A stretch of DNA of 64,000 nucleotides. Origin: Octopus vulgaris. Lineage: Eukaryota. Made by a program: the position numbers and the translations under genes. The stretch spans positions 99,572,001 through 99,636,000 of the forward strand of contig OX597817.1 in NCBI GenBank assembly GCA_951406725.2. The letters are read 5' to 3'. Shown here piece by piece: positions 26,888 to 40,347 of the stretch; position 1 is the stretch's first letter; every line of letters starts with the position of its first letter. The notes under the pieces are model-generated. The model worked only from the letters and a program-made list of their open reading frames with translations. It did no database searches and was not told the DNA's origin.

Positions 26888-27889
26888 CTGTAACAACAAT
26901 TATGTACTACAATAGTTGCTAACATAGGAGGTTAAGATTGGGCTTGTTTTTCAACAAATCTAAACTGGATGTCACAGTTAATGACATTCATTCTTGCTCT
27001 CCTCTCTCTTCTCCATCTGAGGTAGCCATGTTTTTACTAATGCAAGACACCTTTCTGTGCTTCACTATTACTCCCCACCCACCAGTTGAAGGTCCTGCAA
27101 GTTACTTGATCTTAGTACTGCTGGTGCCATGTAAAAAGCACCCAGTACAATCTGTAAAATGGTTCACATTAGGAAGGGCATCCAGTTATAGAAACCTATG
27201 GTGGCTGAATACACATGATAAATGTTTTATAGTATCAATCAAAGATTAAATAGCCCCAATTCTTGTCTGAATTCAACAGACATGTTTTGTGAGACATGAA
27301 ATAACTATTTTGTCGTGGTGGCATAGCACAGTCATGCTATGTCCATTTCATTCATTTACTGCTGACTACAGAAGATACATGTAGCAACTTCCACCCAGCA
27401 GAATTGCGTACCTTTCTCAAGGAGCTAGGACAGTTGCAGCATTGATGGCGAGGAAGCAACATCACTTTCAACAATGTGGCATGTTTTATGTTCACTACCA
27501 GCTTAATTGGCCACAGATTTAATGGCCCTAGTGCTACATCAATCTTTCAGCTATGAATTTATTATAGTGTTTACAACCAATATTGTGCAGCTCATTTTGT
27601 TTTTATGTGACCTTTCCACATATTGTCTCATTACTAAATCGGTGACTCTTCCTACATATTTCCACATTATAAACATGCATTATATCTGATGATTGGTGTG
27701 CTTAGAATGGTGTTGATGAAATAGGCACACATACACATTTTATAATTTGAAAAAGAAAAAAATGTGCACTCAAGGTTTTCAAGATGAAACTGGATTTTTA
27801 ATCAAAGAAATTTGTGTAACAGTTACTTTGCAAATAATAACACAGTTTGCTCATAGCCATATAAAAAGTTGATACTAAAGCCACATAAA

Positions 27890-28044
27890 TAAGCACCCAG
27901 TACACTCTGTAAGGTGGTTGGTGTTAGGAAGGGCATCCGACTATAGAAACCATGCCAAAACAGACAATAAGACGTGGTGCAGCTTTTGTCAAACCATCCG
28001 ACCTATGCCAGTATGGAAAACGGACGTTAATGATGATGATGGTG
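27890..28044 (+). mobile_element. RTE 3'-tail SINE fragment
   Basis: GGTTGGTGTTAGGAAGGGCATCC...AACGGACGTTAATGATGAT. Confidence 0.75.
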
Positions 28045-28125
28045 ATTAAGGGACAGCCAGGAAATTTCCGCTGGTTCTTATACATCCTTTGAGGTTTTCA
28101 AGAAATACTTCTAAGTTATCTATTT

Positions 28126-28538
28126 GGATCTTTTCGGTTTGAACGGCAGTTTTTAACATAATTTCTAGGTAACTAAAAAATTTAAAACTTCGTATACTGT
28201 TAGAATGTGTTTATAAAACATCTTTTTCTCTTGGCTTTATTGAGAAAATTCTATAGTTTGTAAGATATTTATTGTTTTTTCTTCTTCAATTTTTGCAATT
28301 TCAACCAATCAATTACGTCTATTGAGGTAAAAAGCATTCTGTGCCGTATGAATATGTCCCTCGTTTAAGAAATAGATTGGGTTTATTTACATTTGTGAAG
28401 AAAAAAAGATACCCTTCCCCCCACCCCTAACCCTAAAACAGATAGAAATGCAATAGATCGATACTAGGGTCATAATTATGGGTGACAATTTCATATGATA
28501 CCGCTAGAAAAAACTGCCGTTCAAACCGAAGAGATCCA
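28126..28538. mobile_element. MITE, GG-ended TIR, 8-bp TSD (Merlin-like)
   Basis: GGATCTTTTCGGTTTGAACGGCAGTTTTT / AAAAACTGCCGTTCAAACCGAAGAGATCC; TSD ATCTATTT on both sides. Confidence 0.9.
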
Positions 28539-29622
28539 TCTATTTTGTTTAACTAGCAGGTTTAGGGGTTTTAAATAATAAAATTAAATTGACTAGGAAT
28601 AACATTCCATAATTTCATAAAGAGAATAAAATCTCCCAATTTTATCAACAGGACTCTCTCTCTCATTAAGGTGCTTGCAAAGGAACCTACTTGAATAATC
28701 TGACCTACTAGAGATCTGTTACCCATTCTCAGATTTGTTTACACGAAATTATTGCATGCCACTGTCGTTCCGAACCGAAGATGTTTCAGGACCTGACAGT
28801 GAAATATCTCTTCCAACCTGTGACGTTTGAGACTGGGCCACTAACCACGTTGGCCCTTGGCTTTCCCAAAGCCTTAGCCTCACCATCAAATGTGGTAAAC
28901 GCTGCGAGCATGCTGGCTTGCTTCAGTAGGTTCCGTTAAACCTTGATGGGTGCGACAAGTTGCTGTAATGAAGAAAAAAAAAAAAAATCCCCATGAATGG
29001 TTGGTACTACTAGCGAAGACTAGACCCGGTACGTATAGACAAATTGTCGAAGACTAGACATGCGCAGTCGCGCGTCCGCGCTAGCTAGTCGAAAGTAGTC
29101 GATCCTACAACGACTTGCGCGTATGCAAATGAGTTGTGTTGGAAGACAACCAATGGGTCTAATTAATGATCAAGACAAGGCTGGTGGTGGTTTAGTGTAA
29201 ATAAACAAACAAGAAAACATCAAAACAAACCAAAAAAAAAAACAAAACCCTTCATGGAATGCTGTAATATGCTCTCCTCTCTCGCTCAGACATTCTTACA
29301 CACAGATACACATGTGTAATGAACTGTTACTAAAATATCTTCATCTTATCAAATCCATTAATCGATATCAACTTTCCATTCCTTATCATCTTAAGGATAT
29401 TTTGTTTCTTCTCTCTTTCTCACATATATATATATATATATAGTACGTTTAAATATTTGTTGTGCAAGATTTTTTATGTGAAGTCGTGTGTTGAAACAGA
29501 TATTGTTATATTTCAGAATGGTCATTTTGCCAGTTTAGCCAATAAAAACACACGCACTATATATTTGGTGTTACTTTGCTCAGTGTTATTTATTTTTTAC
29601 ATTAATCTTAATCTTATTTTGG

Positions 29623-29662
29623 CCAGAGTTCTTTCGTCACACTCCTGTGACCGCATCAGTGG
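29623..29662 (-). ncRNA. Hammerhead motif in Penelope pLTR (core variant CUGAUGC)
   Basis: Same fold as 22306-22345 but with a substitution in the conserved core. Confidence 0.5.
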
Positions 29663-30022
29663 TTCTTTGTTTTCTTCTTTCTTATTTGTGTCTCTCCTTA
29701 CTAACCATCAGCCATTTTGTATTTCTATTGTATGTCTTCATTTGCGCATGCTTATATCTCTATGTGCATTTATGTTTATTTAGTGTGTGTATGTGGGGGA
29801 TGCCTGTAATATTTGTATCTTCTGTTTATATATGTTCATGTAATTTGTAATTTTTAATTTTATATGTTCATGTAATTTGTATTTTGTTTTTTGTTTTTGT
29901 TGTTTTTGTTTATTCTTATTTTGTTCATGTGTTTACATCCACCCATTATTATCATTACATATGCTTGTATGTATGTATGTATGTATGTATAACAACATTA
30001 CTAGTAATAATAATTGAATCGG

Positions 30023-30072
<50 letters not shown>

Positions 30073-30145
30073 TATACATATATATAGTTATTTATTTCTA
30101 TTAGTTTATTATGTGTATTTATTATGTTTTCAGGATCCTCTATCG

Positions 30146-31796
30146 TCATATGTTGTGGTGTGTGTTAGTGTTCCATTCTAGTTTTCTATTCAGGCTAGGT
30201 TTATTTTCTATTATGTGTGCAGCTTCTGTAATTTGTCTAATTGTTGCATCTGATCTATGTGTGGATAATATTTTAATTTCTATGTTATTGATTGATCCCC
30301 CGTGTTCTTGTTCGGCGTGTTGATACAGAATCGATGAGCTTTTACCTTCTTTGAGTTGTCTCCAATGCTCATTTACCCGCTCTCCTATGCTTCTTGCCGT
30401 TTCCCCTACGTATGTCATTGTCTTGTTACTGCATCGTCCCTCTATACATCTTATACTATAGACTACATTTCTGGCTTTACAGTTTGTTTGTGGGCTAAAT
30501 CTACATACAGTACAGTACTTATCCGTACAGGGGTTCTACTAAAAGGATAGGTTCTACCAATTATAGATTTGATAGGGTTGCCTGGCTTTTCAACAACCTT
30601 AATTCTTAGCTTAAGTTTGTCTAGGGTCCTTCTAAAGCGATACGCCAGTTCACCTCCAGGGGTGGTGTCAACGAACATGACACTCTGGTATTTATGGCTA
30701 TCATACCAAGAGTTGGCCTTCCCTATTTTCTTTTTTGTCCTTTCTATAGTGTTCCATGACTTGTTCCTATAGAGTGGGCAAATACCATTCCTATCATTAC
30801 ATAATATATTATCAAATTTCTTAATGGCTCCTTTGTATACTCTGATCCTTTCTTTATGGCTGTAACCTGAGAACTGCATGTGGTGAATGAAATATTGTAT
30901 GTGTCTTTTTAACTCTGTGAGCTCGCACATGCATGACACATTTCTCATTATTCTGACGAGGTCTGCCATCAAAATATTGAATTTGGCATCGTCCGCAATG
31001 GCTGAGTTCCGGTGGATCAAGTATTTTGAGGCCATAGGTTTGGCATAATATGAATGAAGGATTTGTGTTTTATTATTCACAATTTCTAGCCAGAGTTCGG
31101 TGTCTAGTACTGGTAGTCTATGGTTGGGATGTTTAGTGGGGTAGTCTATTGTGACCTTAATACTCTGGTGGATGGAGTTAGCTATTTGCTGGATGCTCTC
31201 CATAGTATTAGTTTCTATTACTATATCAACATTACTCTCTTGTGGGGGTGCCTTTACCACTATGTTGATATCATCAACATAGCGAGAGTACATGTTTACG
31301 AGTATGGAGTTCTGTGTTAGGCGTTCTTTAAGCCTTCTGTCCCACCATACCATACCATGAAAAGGTTGGCCACATCACCAGCGATACTAACGCCGATGGC
31401 TGCCCCCTCATCCTGGGCATATATTTTATTATTAAACTTAAATGTGTGGCCTTTTAGGGTAATTCTTATACTAGCTCCTAGTGCATGTGTGATCATTTTC
31501 TTTATCTGATGGACATTTGCGGGGCTCCGTATGGCTCTGGTCCATCTGTGCCATCTTTCTATATGTGTCTTCCTAGCCATAGAAGTAATTGTGGGCGGTC
31601 TACCTCTTAAACATCTACTGGGGCAGAAACTACTAAGATTATGTTTATCTAAGTATTCAGTATTACATGTCAGTCTAAGTAGGAGGCCCAGTTCCTCTGT
31701 GTTGACATTACAGAACTCCACCTGGCTCTCATTGATCATCTCCACACACTTCTCCACCGCAAAATCTACGTCGATCGATGGGTATAAGGATAACAC
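30146..31796 (-). pseudogene. Penelope RT + GIY-YIG endonuclease, frameshifted
   Basis: ORFs 31317-31796, 30463-31353 and 30146-30418. Confidence 0.9.
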
Positions 31797-31872
31797 TGAA
31801 GCAAAGTAACACCAAATATATAGTGCATGTGTTTTTATTGGCTAAACTGGCAAAATGACCATTCTGAAATAT

Positions 31873-31931
<59 letters not shown>

Positions 31932-32552
31932 TGGGCACATATACACACACACACACATATACACACGCATATATATACTCACATACACGCACACATATAT
32001 ATATACTCACATACACACATATACACACACATATATACACACACATATACACACACACATACACACACACATTTATATATACATATACATACATATATCT
32101 CTATATATAAAACTGAAATGCGTTTTTACCGCTTGGATCGCTTTCAATGCCACTACATCCCGTCCGATTCGCTCCAAAATTTACAGGGACATGTAGAATG
32201 AGGTGACGATGCCCGTGGGCTACCTTAGAAATCCCTATCTTGAAAGGTGTGGTTGCTAGGGGCCATCTTCCTCACTCACGCTATTTCCTCCTTTCCCTCT
32301 CTTACTCCCCTTCATTTATAACTTTGAGAAGTCCACTCTCGTTATTTAATGTTATTTAATTCATAGGGAGAATTATCATCGCTACCAACAACACACAATC
32401 ATGAGAACAAATATTATGAATCAGATATTCATTGCGTTCATTTATATATGTGTGTGTGTGTGTGTGTGTTCGATATATAAATATGTATATATAATGTATA
32501 TATACAAAGTGTATATATCTGTATTTATGTATATTAAACTTTTTAATACTTT

Positions 32553-32553
<1 letters not shown>

Positions 32554-32587
<34 letters not shown>

Positions 32588-33333
32588 TTAGCGTCCATTC
32601 TCCATGCTAGCATGGGTTGGACGGTTCAACTGGGGTCTGTGAAGCTGGAAGGCTTCATCAGGCCCAGTCAGATCTGGCAGTGTTTCTACGGCTGGATGCC
32701 CTTCCTAACGCCAACCACTCCGTGAGTGTAGTGGGTGCTTTTTACGTGCCACCCGCACAAGTGCCAGACAGAGCTGGCAAACGGCCACGAACGGATGGTG
32801 CTTTTACGTGTCACCGGCACGGGGGCCAGGCAAGGCTGGCAACGGACACAAACGGATGGTGCTTTTACATGTCACCGACATGGGGGCCAGACAGGGCTGG
32901 CAAACGGCCACGAACGGATGGTGCTTTTACATGTCACCGGCACGGGGGCCAGACAGAGCTGGCAAACGGCCACGAAACGGATGGTGCTTTTACGTGTCAC
33001 CGGCACGGGGGCCAGGCCAGGCTGGCAACGAACACGAACGGATGGTGCTTTTACGTGCCACCGACACGGGGGCCAGACTGGGCTGGCAAACGGCTACGAA
33101 CGGATGGTGCTTTTACGTGTCACCTGCACGGGGGCCCTGATGTGATCGACCTCAATTTGGTTTGATCTTGATTTTGACTGTTCTCACTGGTCTTTCCGGG
33201 TTTTCTCACGCACAGCATACCTCCAAAGGTCTCGGTCACTGGTCATTTCCTTTCCTAAAGTTCGAAGGTCGTGCTTCACCGCCTCGACCCAAGTTTTCCT
33301 GGGTCTACCTCTTCCACAGGTCCCCTCAACTGC
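32554..33333 (-). mobile_element. RTE LINE 3' fragment with about 7 tandem 55-58 bp units in the 3'UTR
   Basis: (CAT)n tail; repeated CGGATGGTGCTTTTACGTGTCACCGGCACGGGGGCCAG; 33290-33333 matches RTE ORF end 50505-50545. Confidence 0.85.
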
Positions 33334-33606
33334 CGATAGTTATATATATTTTTAAACAAATTATAAATATAATTTAATAATTTTTATTTTAGATTTAAAT
33401 AATTTAAATTTTTCAATTTTATATATTATATTTTTATTTTTATGTTTTTGTTTTTTTTTTGCCTATTAGTGGTTTTATCTCTAATTTAATTTATACATAT
33501 ATATATATAATTTGTATATATAATGCATGCATACACACACACACACATATATAATGTGTGCATTATGTGGTCGGTCGGTTCAGCTGAAAATATGCACACC
33601 TATGAA

Positions 33607-34626
33607 CCCTTTCGTTACTATATTTCTGACCAAAATACACCCCTTATGTGTTTTTTATTTATCAATATATTAATGATATTTTTGGAAGATAATTGAATGA
33701 AATGTTCTCAACCAATTCTATACTATAATTTTTGTCACAAAGTGACTCTAATTGCAGGTAGATACAGGTACATTCAACAAAATATAAAATTATTAAAATT
33801 TTGTTCAAACATCGCTATAGAAAATGGGTTATTAGCTAATATTCAATTGGGTATACAACAAAATTTTACGATAGAATTTGTTATTCTGGGTAACTTTCTG
33901 ATACCCATAATAATATTTATGGCAAAATAATCTTAATTTCATTTAAGGTTGTGGGAAACCACTAACTATCCTTTCTTTCGTTTTGTTTACATTTAGCGTA
34001 ACGGTTCGTTTCCGCCGTAATGATTTCAAATAGGCTCATTCGAAAAAGTAAAAAGAAATAGTCTAAGGCTTTACTCTCCTGGGAAAGTCTGTGGCTTGGT
34101 CCAGTTTCTTCAGAAAAATCACCGAAAGAAACAGTTTTTCAATTTTCACTCCATTCAGGTGCCAATTCATTTTCTTTATCGCTGTCGGAGCTCTCGGATT
34201 CACTGTTTTCACTTTCGGAAAATGAAACATCAGATTCATTATCAAATACCAAGTGCTTTTTTTTTTTCAGTCATAGAGTTAGATTTATGAAGGTCTTCAG
34301 TAGAAAATCCTTCGAATTCTACCTCGCTGCTTGATATGATGAAATTCGTATCCATTTTTTGTCAGAATTACAAAGTTTGAAAACACAATAGGAACAAATT
34401 TTGGAAAAAAATCTCCCAAAATTCACGGAATTAAAATTACACTTCGATTGTTGTACAAAACTGTAGATGAACTGTTTACGAAGTATAATCACGTGTTTTC
34501 ACGAATGTAATAAAGAGATTTGCTCTGATATTCTCATTTAAATATGAATAGGTAAATAAGGGCGGGTTTGGGCGGTTTGGTCACATTAACCAAAATTTTT
34601 TTCGGGCGGCTTTGGTAACGAAAGGG
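33607..34626 (-). mobile_element. Non-autonomous piggyBac element
   Basis: CCCTTTCGTTAC...GTAACGAAAGGG TIRs; TGAA/TTAA target; minus-strand acidic transposase N-terminal remnant MDTNFIISSSEVEFEGFSTEDL from 34355. Confidence 0.85.
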
Positions 34627-35377
34627 TTAAAAGTGCTGGCAAGTTTGCATGACTATTTTTTTCCTCAAATGAAAGGCGTCACCTCTAGGACAAAATTCCT
34701 CATCTTATAAAATGTGGCCGCAGTAGACCCAAATTAAATCGGGTTATATTAACCAAAAGGTGAAAAGGGGTATAAATGGGGCTGGAAGGGGATCAAAATT
34801 TAAAGGAGCGAGTGTTTAAGAATTCTCAGTTACATCAAGCTAAAAAATTTGCGCCAGCCTTTTAATCTTCAATGTCCATGATGAAGAGGTTTTGAATGCT
34901 TGCCATGGTGAGTCTACTGTCGTGAGAAAGAATCACTTCAAAACTTGGTGTTTACGAATTTTCTTTTACATCAAGTTCAAAATTTTACGCCAGCCATTAA
35001 ACTGTCAATACGTTGCTGTCCGTCGTTAAGAAATGCCAGTCATGGTGACTCTCCTATTCTCAGATTCCATCCCTTCAAACTTTGGTTTCCAATATTTTAT
35101 TATTTTTATTCAGCTCGCAAGTTCGTCTGTCCCTTTTATATGTTAGCGTTTTGCTGTCTGCCTTGAAGCAGACCTTTCCGTTGCCACTGCCTGATATTTA
35201 TGATTGATCTTTTTAAATATTTTATTCCTCAACTTACTCAAGATCTTTTGTTGTTTATAAAAGGGAGAGAGATAGATAAAGATAGAGAGTAAGAGAAAGC
35301 GAGGGAGAGTCCGAGAGAAAAGAAAAGTAAGAGAGTGGGAAAGTGAGAGAGAAAGGAGAGAGAAACAAAGAGGGAGA

Positions 35378-35688
35378 ATCATCATCATCATCATCGTTTA
35401 ACGTCCGTTTTCCGTCCTAGCACGGGTTGGACAGTTTGACCGGGGTCTGGGAAGCCAGGAGGCTGCACCAGGCTCCAGTCTGATCTGGAAGTGTTTCTAC
35501 AGGTGGATGACCTTCCTAACGCCAACCACTCTGTGAGTGTAGTGGGTGATTTATTCGTGCCGCCGGCACAGGTGCCAGGGGGGCTCGCAGCGGCAACGAT
35601 CGGTTGGTACTTTTTACGTGCCACCGGCACAGAAGCAAGTCAAGGCGGCGCTGCAATCGGCCACGTTCGGATGGTGCTTTTTACGTGC
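35378..35688 (-). mobile_element. RTE 3'-tail SINE
   Basis: (ATC)nGTTTAACGTCCG..., CCTAACGCCAACCACTC. Confidence 0.85.
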
Positions 35689-35770
35689 TGAAAGGAAGCA
35701 ACAGAAAGTAACAACCATGCGTAGAGCGGGTCACCTTCAGCTAGTATATATATATATATATATATATGTA

Positions 35771-37008
35771 TGCATATTCTGTATAATTCACTAGTTATCG
35801 TTATAGATATTAAGATCTATCTCCCTTACAGGGCTGATTAGAAATTGGCTGCCGATTCTTCGCGGGGTTTTTCTCTTCCCTTCTCTCCCCCTCTTTTTAC
35901 ATTGTCGTCTGTCTGGACTCCTCTCTTCCTACCACCCGCCATGGCTATGCATACTTAAGCTAGTAAACTGCCTCATTCTTGATTCCGAATTCCTTTTGCC
36001 AAGTCTGTCCGTAAACGAAGTGATCTCAAGATAAGAAATCTTTGAACTTTAATTCATCCGTATCTCTATTTATTATTATTATCTATTAATTATTATTATT
36101 CTGATCCCCCTAGTCGCCACTCTGTTTACTATTTCAGCCTCGCCTCGTTTTTGCATATTCTGTATAATTCACTAGTTATCGTTATAGATATTAAGATCTA
36201 TCTCCCTTACAGGGCTGATTAGAAATTGGCTGCCGATTCTTCGCGGGGTTTTTCTCTTCCCTTCTCTCCCCCTCTTTTTACATTGTCGTCTGTCTGGATT
36301 CCTCTCTTCCTACCACCCGCCATGGCTATGCATACTTAAGCTAGTAAACTGCCTCATTCTTGATTCCGAATTCCTTTTGCCAAGTCTGTCCGTAAACGAA
36401 GTGATCTCAAGATAAGAAATCTTTGAACTTTAATTCATCCGTATCTCTATTTATTATTATTATCTATTAATTATTATTATTCTGATCCCCCTAGTCGCCA
36501 CTCTGTTTACTATTTCAGCCTCGCCTCGTTTTTGCATATTCTGTATAATTCACTAGTTATCGTTATAGATATTAAGATCTATCTCCCTTACAGGGCTGAT
36601 TAGAAATTGGCTGCCGATTCTTCGCGGGGTTTTTCTCTTCCCTTCTCTCCCCCTCTTTTTACATTGTCGTCTGTCTGGACTCCTCTCTTCCTACCACCCG
36701 CCATGGCTATGCATACTTAAGCTAGTAAACTGCCTCATTCTTGATTCCGAATTCCTTTTGCCAAGTCTGTCCGTAAACGAAGTGATCTCAAGATAAAAAA
36801 TCTTTGAACTTTAATTCATCCGTATCTCTATTTATTATTATTATCTATTAATTATTATTATTCTGATCCCCCTAGTCGCCACTCTGTTTACTATTTCAGC
36901 CTCGCCTCGTTTTTGCATATTCTGTATAATTCACTAGTTATCGTTATAGATATTAAGATCTATCTCCCTTACAGGGCTGATTAGAAATTGGCTGCCGATT
37001 CTTCGCGG
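35771..37008 (+). repeat. Tandem array 381 bp x 3.25
   Basis: TGCATATTCTGTATAATTCAC recurs at 35771, 36152, 36533 and 36914. Confidence 0.95.
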
Positions 37009-37953
37009 CGCGCCCGCCCTACCCACCCCCACCACCAATACCGGATATCTCTATATTTGCTCCAACTATACCGGATGTCGTTTTCTCCCACCACCATTAT
37101 AGGTGTCTACTCTTTGAACCCCCCTCTTCAATACGCTATTTCACCATGCATTACCCCTCTCTCGATATCCTACGTTCTACTTGCCTAGAACCTGTCCTCT
37201 GAACCACCACCCCCCACTGGTGCTCCCCTATATTTCTACACCCCCCACCACCATTATAGGTGTCTACTCTTTGAACCCCCTCTTCAATACGCTATTCACC
37301 ATGCATTACCCCTCTCTCGATATCCTACGTTCTACTTGCCTAGAACCTGTCCTCTGAACCACCCCTCCCACTGGTGCTCACCCCTCCCACTGGTGCTCCC
37401 CTATATTTCTGCACCCCCCACCACCATTATAGGTGTCTACTCTTTGAACCCCCTCTTCAATACGCTATTTCACCATGCATTACCCCTCTCTCGATATCCT
37501 ACGTTCTACTTGCCTAGAACCTGTCCCCTGAACCACCCCTCCCACTGGTGCTCCCCTATATTTCTGCACCCCCCACCACCATTATAGGTGTCTACTCTTT
37601 GAACCCCCTCTTCAATACGCTATTTCACCATGCATTACCCCTCTCTCGATATCCTACGTTCTACTTGCCTAGTACCTGTCCTCTGAACCACCCCTCCCAC
37701 TGGTGCTCCCCTATATTTCTGCACCCCCCCATAAAAAGCACCATCCGAACGTGGCCGATGCCAGACCCCTCTGGCACCTGTGCAGGTGGCACGTAAAAAA
37801 CACCCACTACACTCGCGGAGTGGTTGGCGTTAGGAAAGGCATCCAGCTGTAGAAACACTGCCAGACTAGACTGGAGCCTGGGGCAGTCCCGAGCTCCCCA
37901 GACCCCGGTCGAAACCGTCCAACCCGTGCTAGCGCGGAAAACGGACGTTAAAC

Positions 37954-37992
<39 letters not shown>
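35771..37992 (+). mobile_element. Composite non-coding RTE-tailed element A (tandem monomers + C-rich body + RTE tail)
   Basis: 381-bp array, GCGCCCGCCC junction, about 4 x 155-175 bp C-rich repeats (37068-37730), RTE tail, (GAT)n. Confidence 0.7.
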
Positions 37993-39072
37993 ATATACAC
38001 CTGAGTGATGTACCTACAATGGATGCTGTCCAAAAACTAAAAACTAATAAAAGAATATTTCACACATAAACACATATATATCTATTTGTATCGGTGTGTA
38101 TATACACACACAAGATTAAAAACTAAAGAATATGAAAACTAAAAGAATATATCACACACATTTTATTTGATTTGTGTAAAAAAAAATCAGGTAAAATTAC
38201 AGATTAACACCTGCACGATTTTCACTAAAAAAAAAAAAAAAAAAACTCGGATTTTTTGCGTGGGATCAAGTACCCTGACCTCCTAATATGCTGCAAATCC
38301 CATATTTTGGTCCGGAATTGCTCCGGAAAGGGGGGAGTAAACCCCCCCCCCCGGAATTTTCACAAGGAAGAAGAAAAAAACCTCAGATTTCTTGCGTGGA
38401 ATCAAGTACCCTGACCTCCTAATATGCTGCAAATCCCATATTTTGGTCCGGAAGGGGGGGGGTAAACACCACCCCCCCCGGAATTTTCACAAGGAAAAAA
38501 AAAATCAGATTTTTTGCGCGGAATCAAGTAACTTAACCTCCTAATATGCTGCAAATCCCATATTTTGGTCCGGAATTGCTCCGGAAAGGGGGGGTAACCC
38601 CCTCCCCCGGAATTTTCACAAGGAAAAAAAAAATAACATATCAATAATTTAGAAAAGAAACATTTCTAGAAAATAGTAAATTGAAGTGTCAACAAATTAT
38701 TGGGCAAAATTGAAGTGTGAACAAATCATTGGGCAAAAGAAGATTTGGCATACTGTCATGCTTTTAGCTGTCAGAAGTGAAAGTCGTCAACTTCGTGTAT
38801 TTGCGTCAGGTTCGCTGTTAGGCTTATAAAACAATTGAAGTTCAGTTTAAAGTTTATAAATAAATACATTTCATTCCATGTTCTGTTTAAACTTTATAAA
38901 TAAATATATTCTTGCAGTGTGTGTATATGTGGCTATATGTCTGACTAATGTGTGTGTCTGTATTTATTGTATGTGTGTATAAGTAGTTATATGCTTATAT
39001 TATCCATTATAGTAATATTTGTCTGTTGAAACCTGTTTTAAGGCGGTCAATAGTTTAATTAAAGATGTATCT

Positions 39073-39110
<38 letters not shown>

Positions 39111-40347
39111 GTGTATATATACATGTGTATACATATATATATATATATATAAATATATATATATACACATGTCTATATATATACACATGTATATATAAAT
39201 ATATATATATAAATATATATATACACATGTATATATATATAGACACATCTTTAATTAAACTATTGACCGCCTTAAAACGGGTTTCAACAGACAAATATTA
39301 CTATAATGGATAATGTAATGGATAAAATTCAGACAAACTTACCTCTTGCTGTCAAAAAAAGTGGATTAATTCTCAGCAAAACATACTGTTATGCTAGACC
39401 AGTGGTTTTCAACCAGGGTTCCGCAAGAAGTTGCAAAACTGCTAAAATCGGCATTAATTTTTAATTCTCCTGTGCAGATATGTGTGCATAAGACTATTAA
39501 ATTATTGTACAGGGGTTCCTTGAGCCAGTGGAATGTTTGAATTACGCTGTGTGGTTTCAGTTTCTAATTTTTGCTTCTGATCTCTCTTTGCCCCCCCCCC
39601 CTCTCTATCTCAGTTGTTCATTCTGCTGATATTTAGAAAAGTTTTCGCGCCAAGTTTTGTTGTGGGCGGGAAAAGATGAACGATTTAAAATAAATATACC
39701 TTAATTGTAGTGTGAGAAAGTATATATATTCTGATGATAAAATATATTATCTTTCAAAAACATCCCAAATTTATAGACTATATCGTGTATGTTTAAGAAA
39801 TGGTTCATGAGACATTGTTCATCTGTCTCCCCACCACACCTCCACCTACACAAAAATTAGTTTGAGATAGAGAGGGCGGCACAGAGAGAGATCAGAAGCA
39901 AAAATTAGAACCTGACACTATCACAGAGCGTAATTCAAACATTCCACTGGCTCGTGAACCCCTGTACAATAATTTAATAGTCTTATGCACACATATCTGC
40001 ACAGGAGAATTAAAAATTACTGCCGATTTTAGCAGTTTTGCAACTTCTTGCGGAACCCTGGTTGAAAACCACTGGTCTAGCATAACAGTATGTTTTGCTG
40101 AGAATTAATCCACTTTTTTTGACAGCAAGAGGTAAGTTTGTCTGAATTTTATCCATTACATTATCCATTATAGTAATATTTGTCTGTTGAAACCCGTTTT
40201 AAGGCGGTCAATAGTTTAATTAAAGATGTGTCTATACTTGTATATATATATATACATGTGTATATATATATATTTATATATACATGTGTATATATATATA
40301 TTTATATATATATATATATATGTATACACATGTATATATACACCTGT

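Larger units (their letters stand above)
29498..31878 (-). mobile_element. Penelope-like element, 5'-truncated, with inverted pLTR piece
   Basis: SLYPSI, GAAIG, RYVDD RT; GIY-YIG (VVYSI..YVGETARSIGERVNEH); 31792-31878 is the inverse of 29498-29587. Confidence 0.92.

Noticed and set aside
31729-32196. YI/HT-rich ORFs, also 29884-30149 and 39000-39313
   Set aside because: Microsatellite translation artefacts
32617-33165. Repetitive ORFs of 110-182 aa
   Set aside because: Translation of the RTE 3'UTR minisatellite; open in several frames
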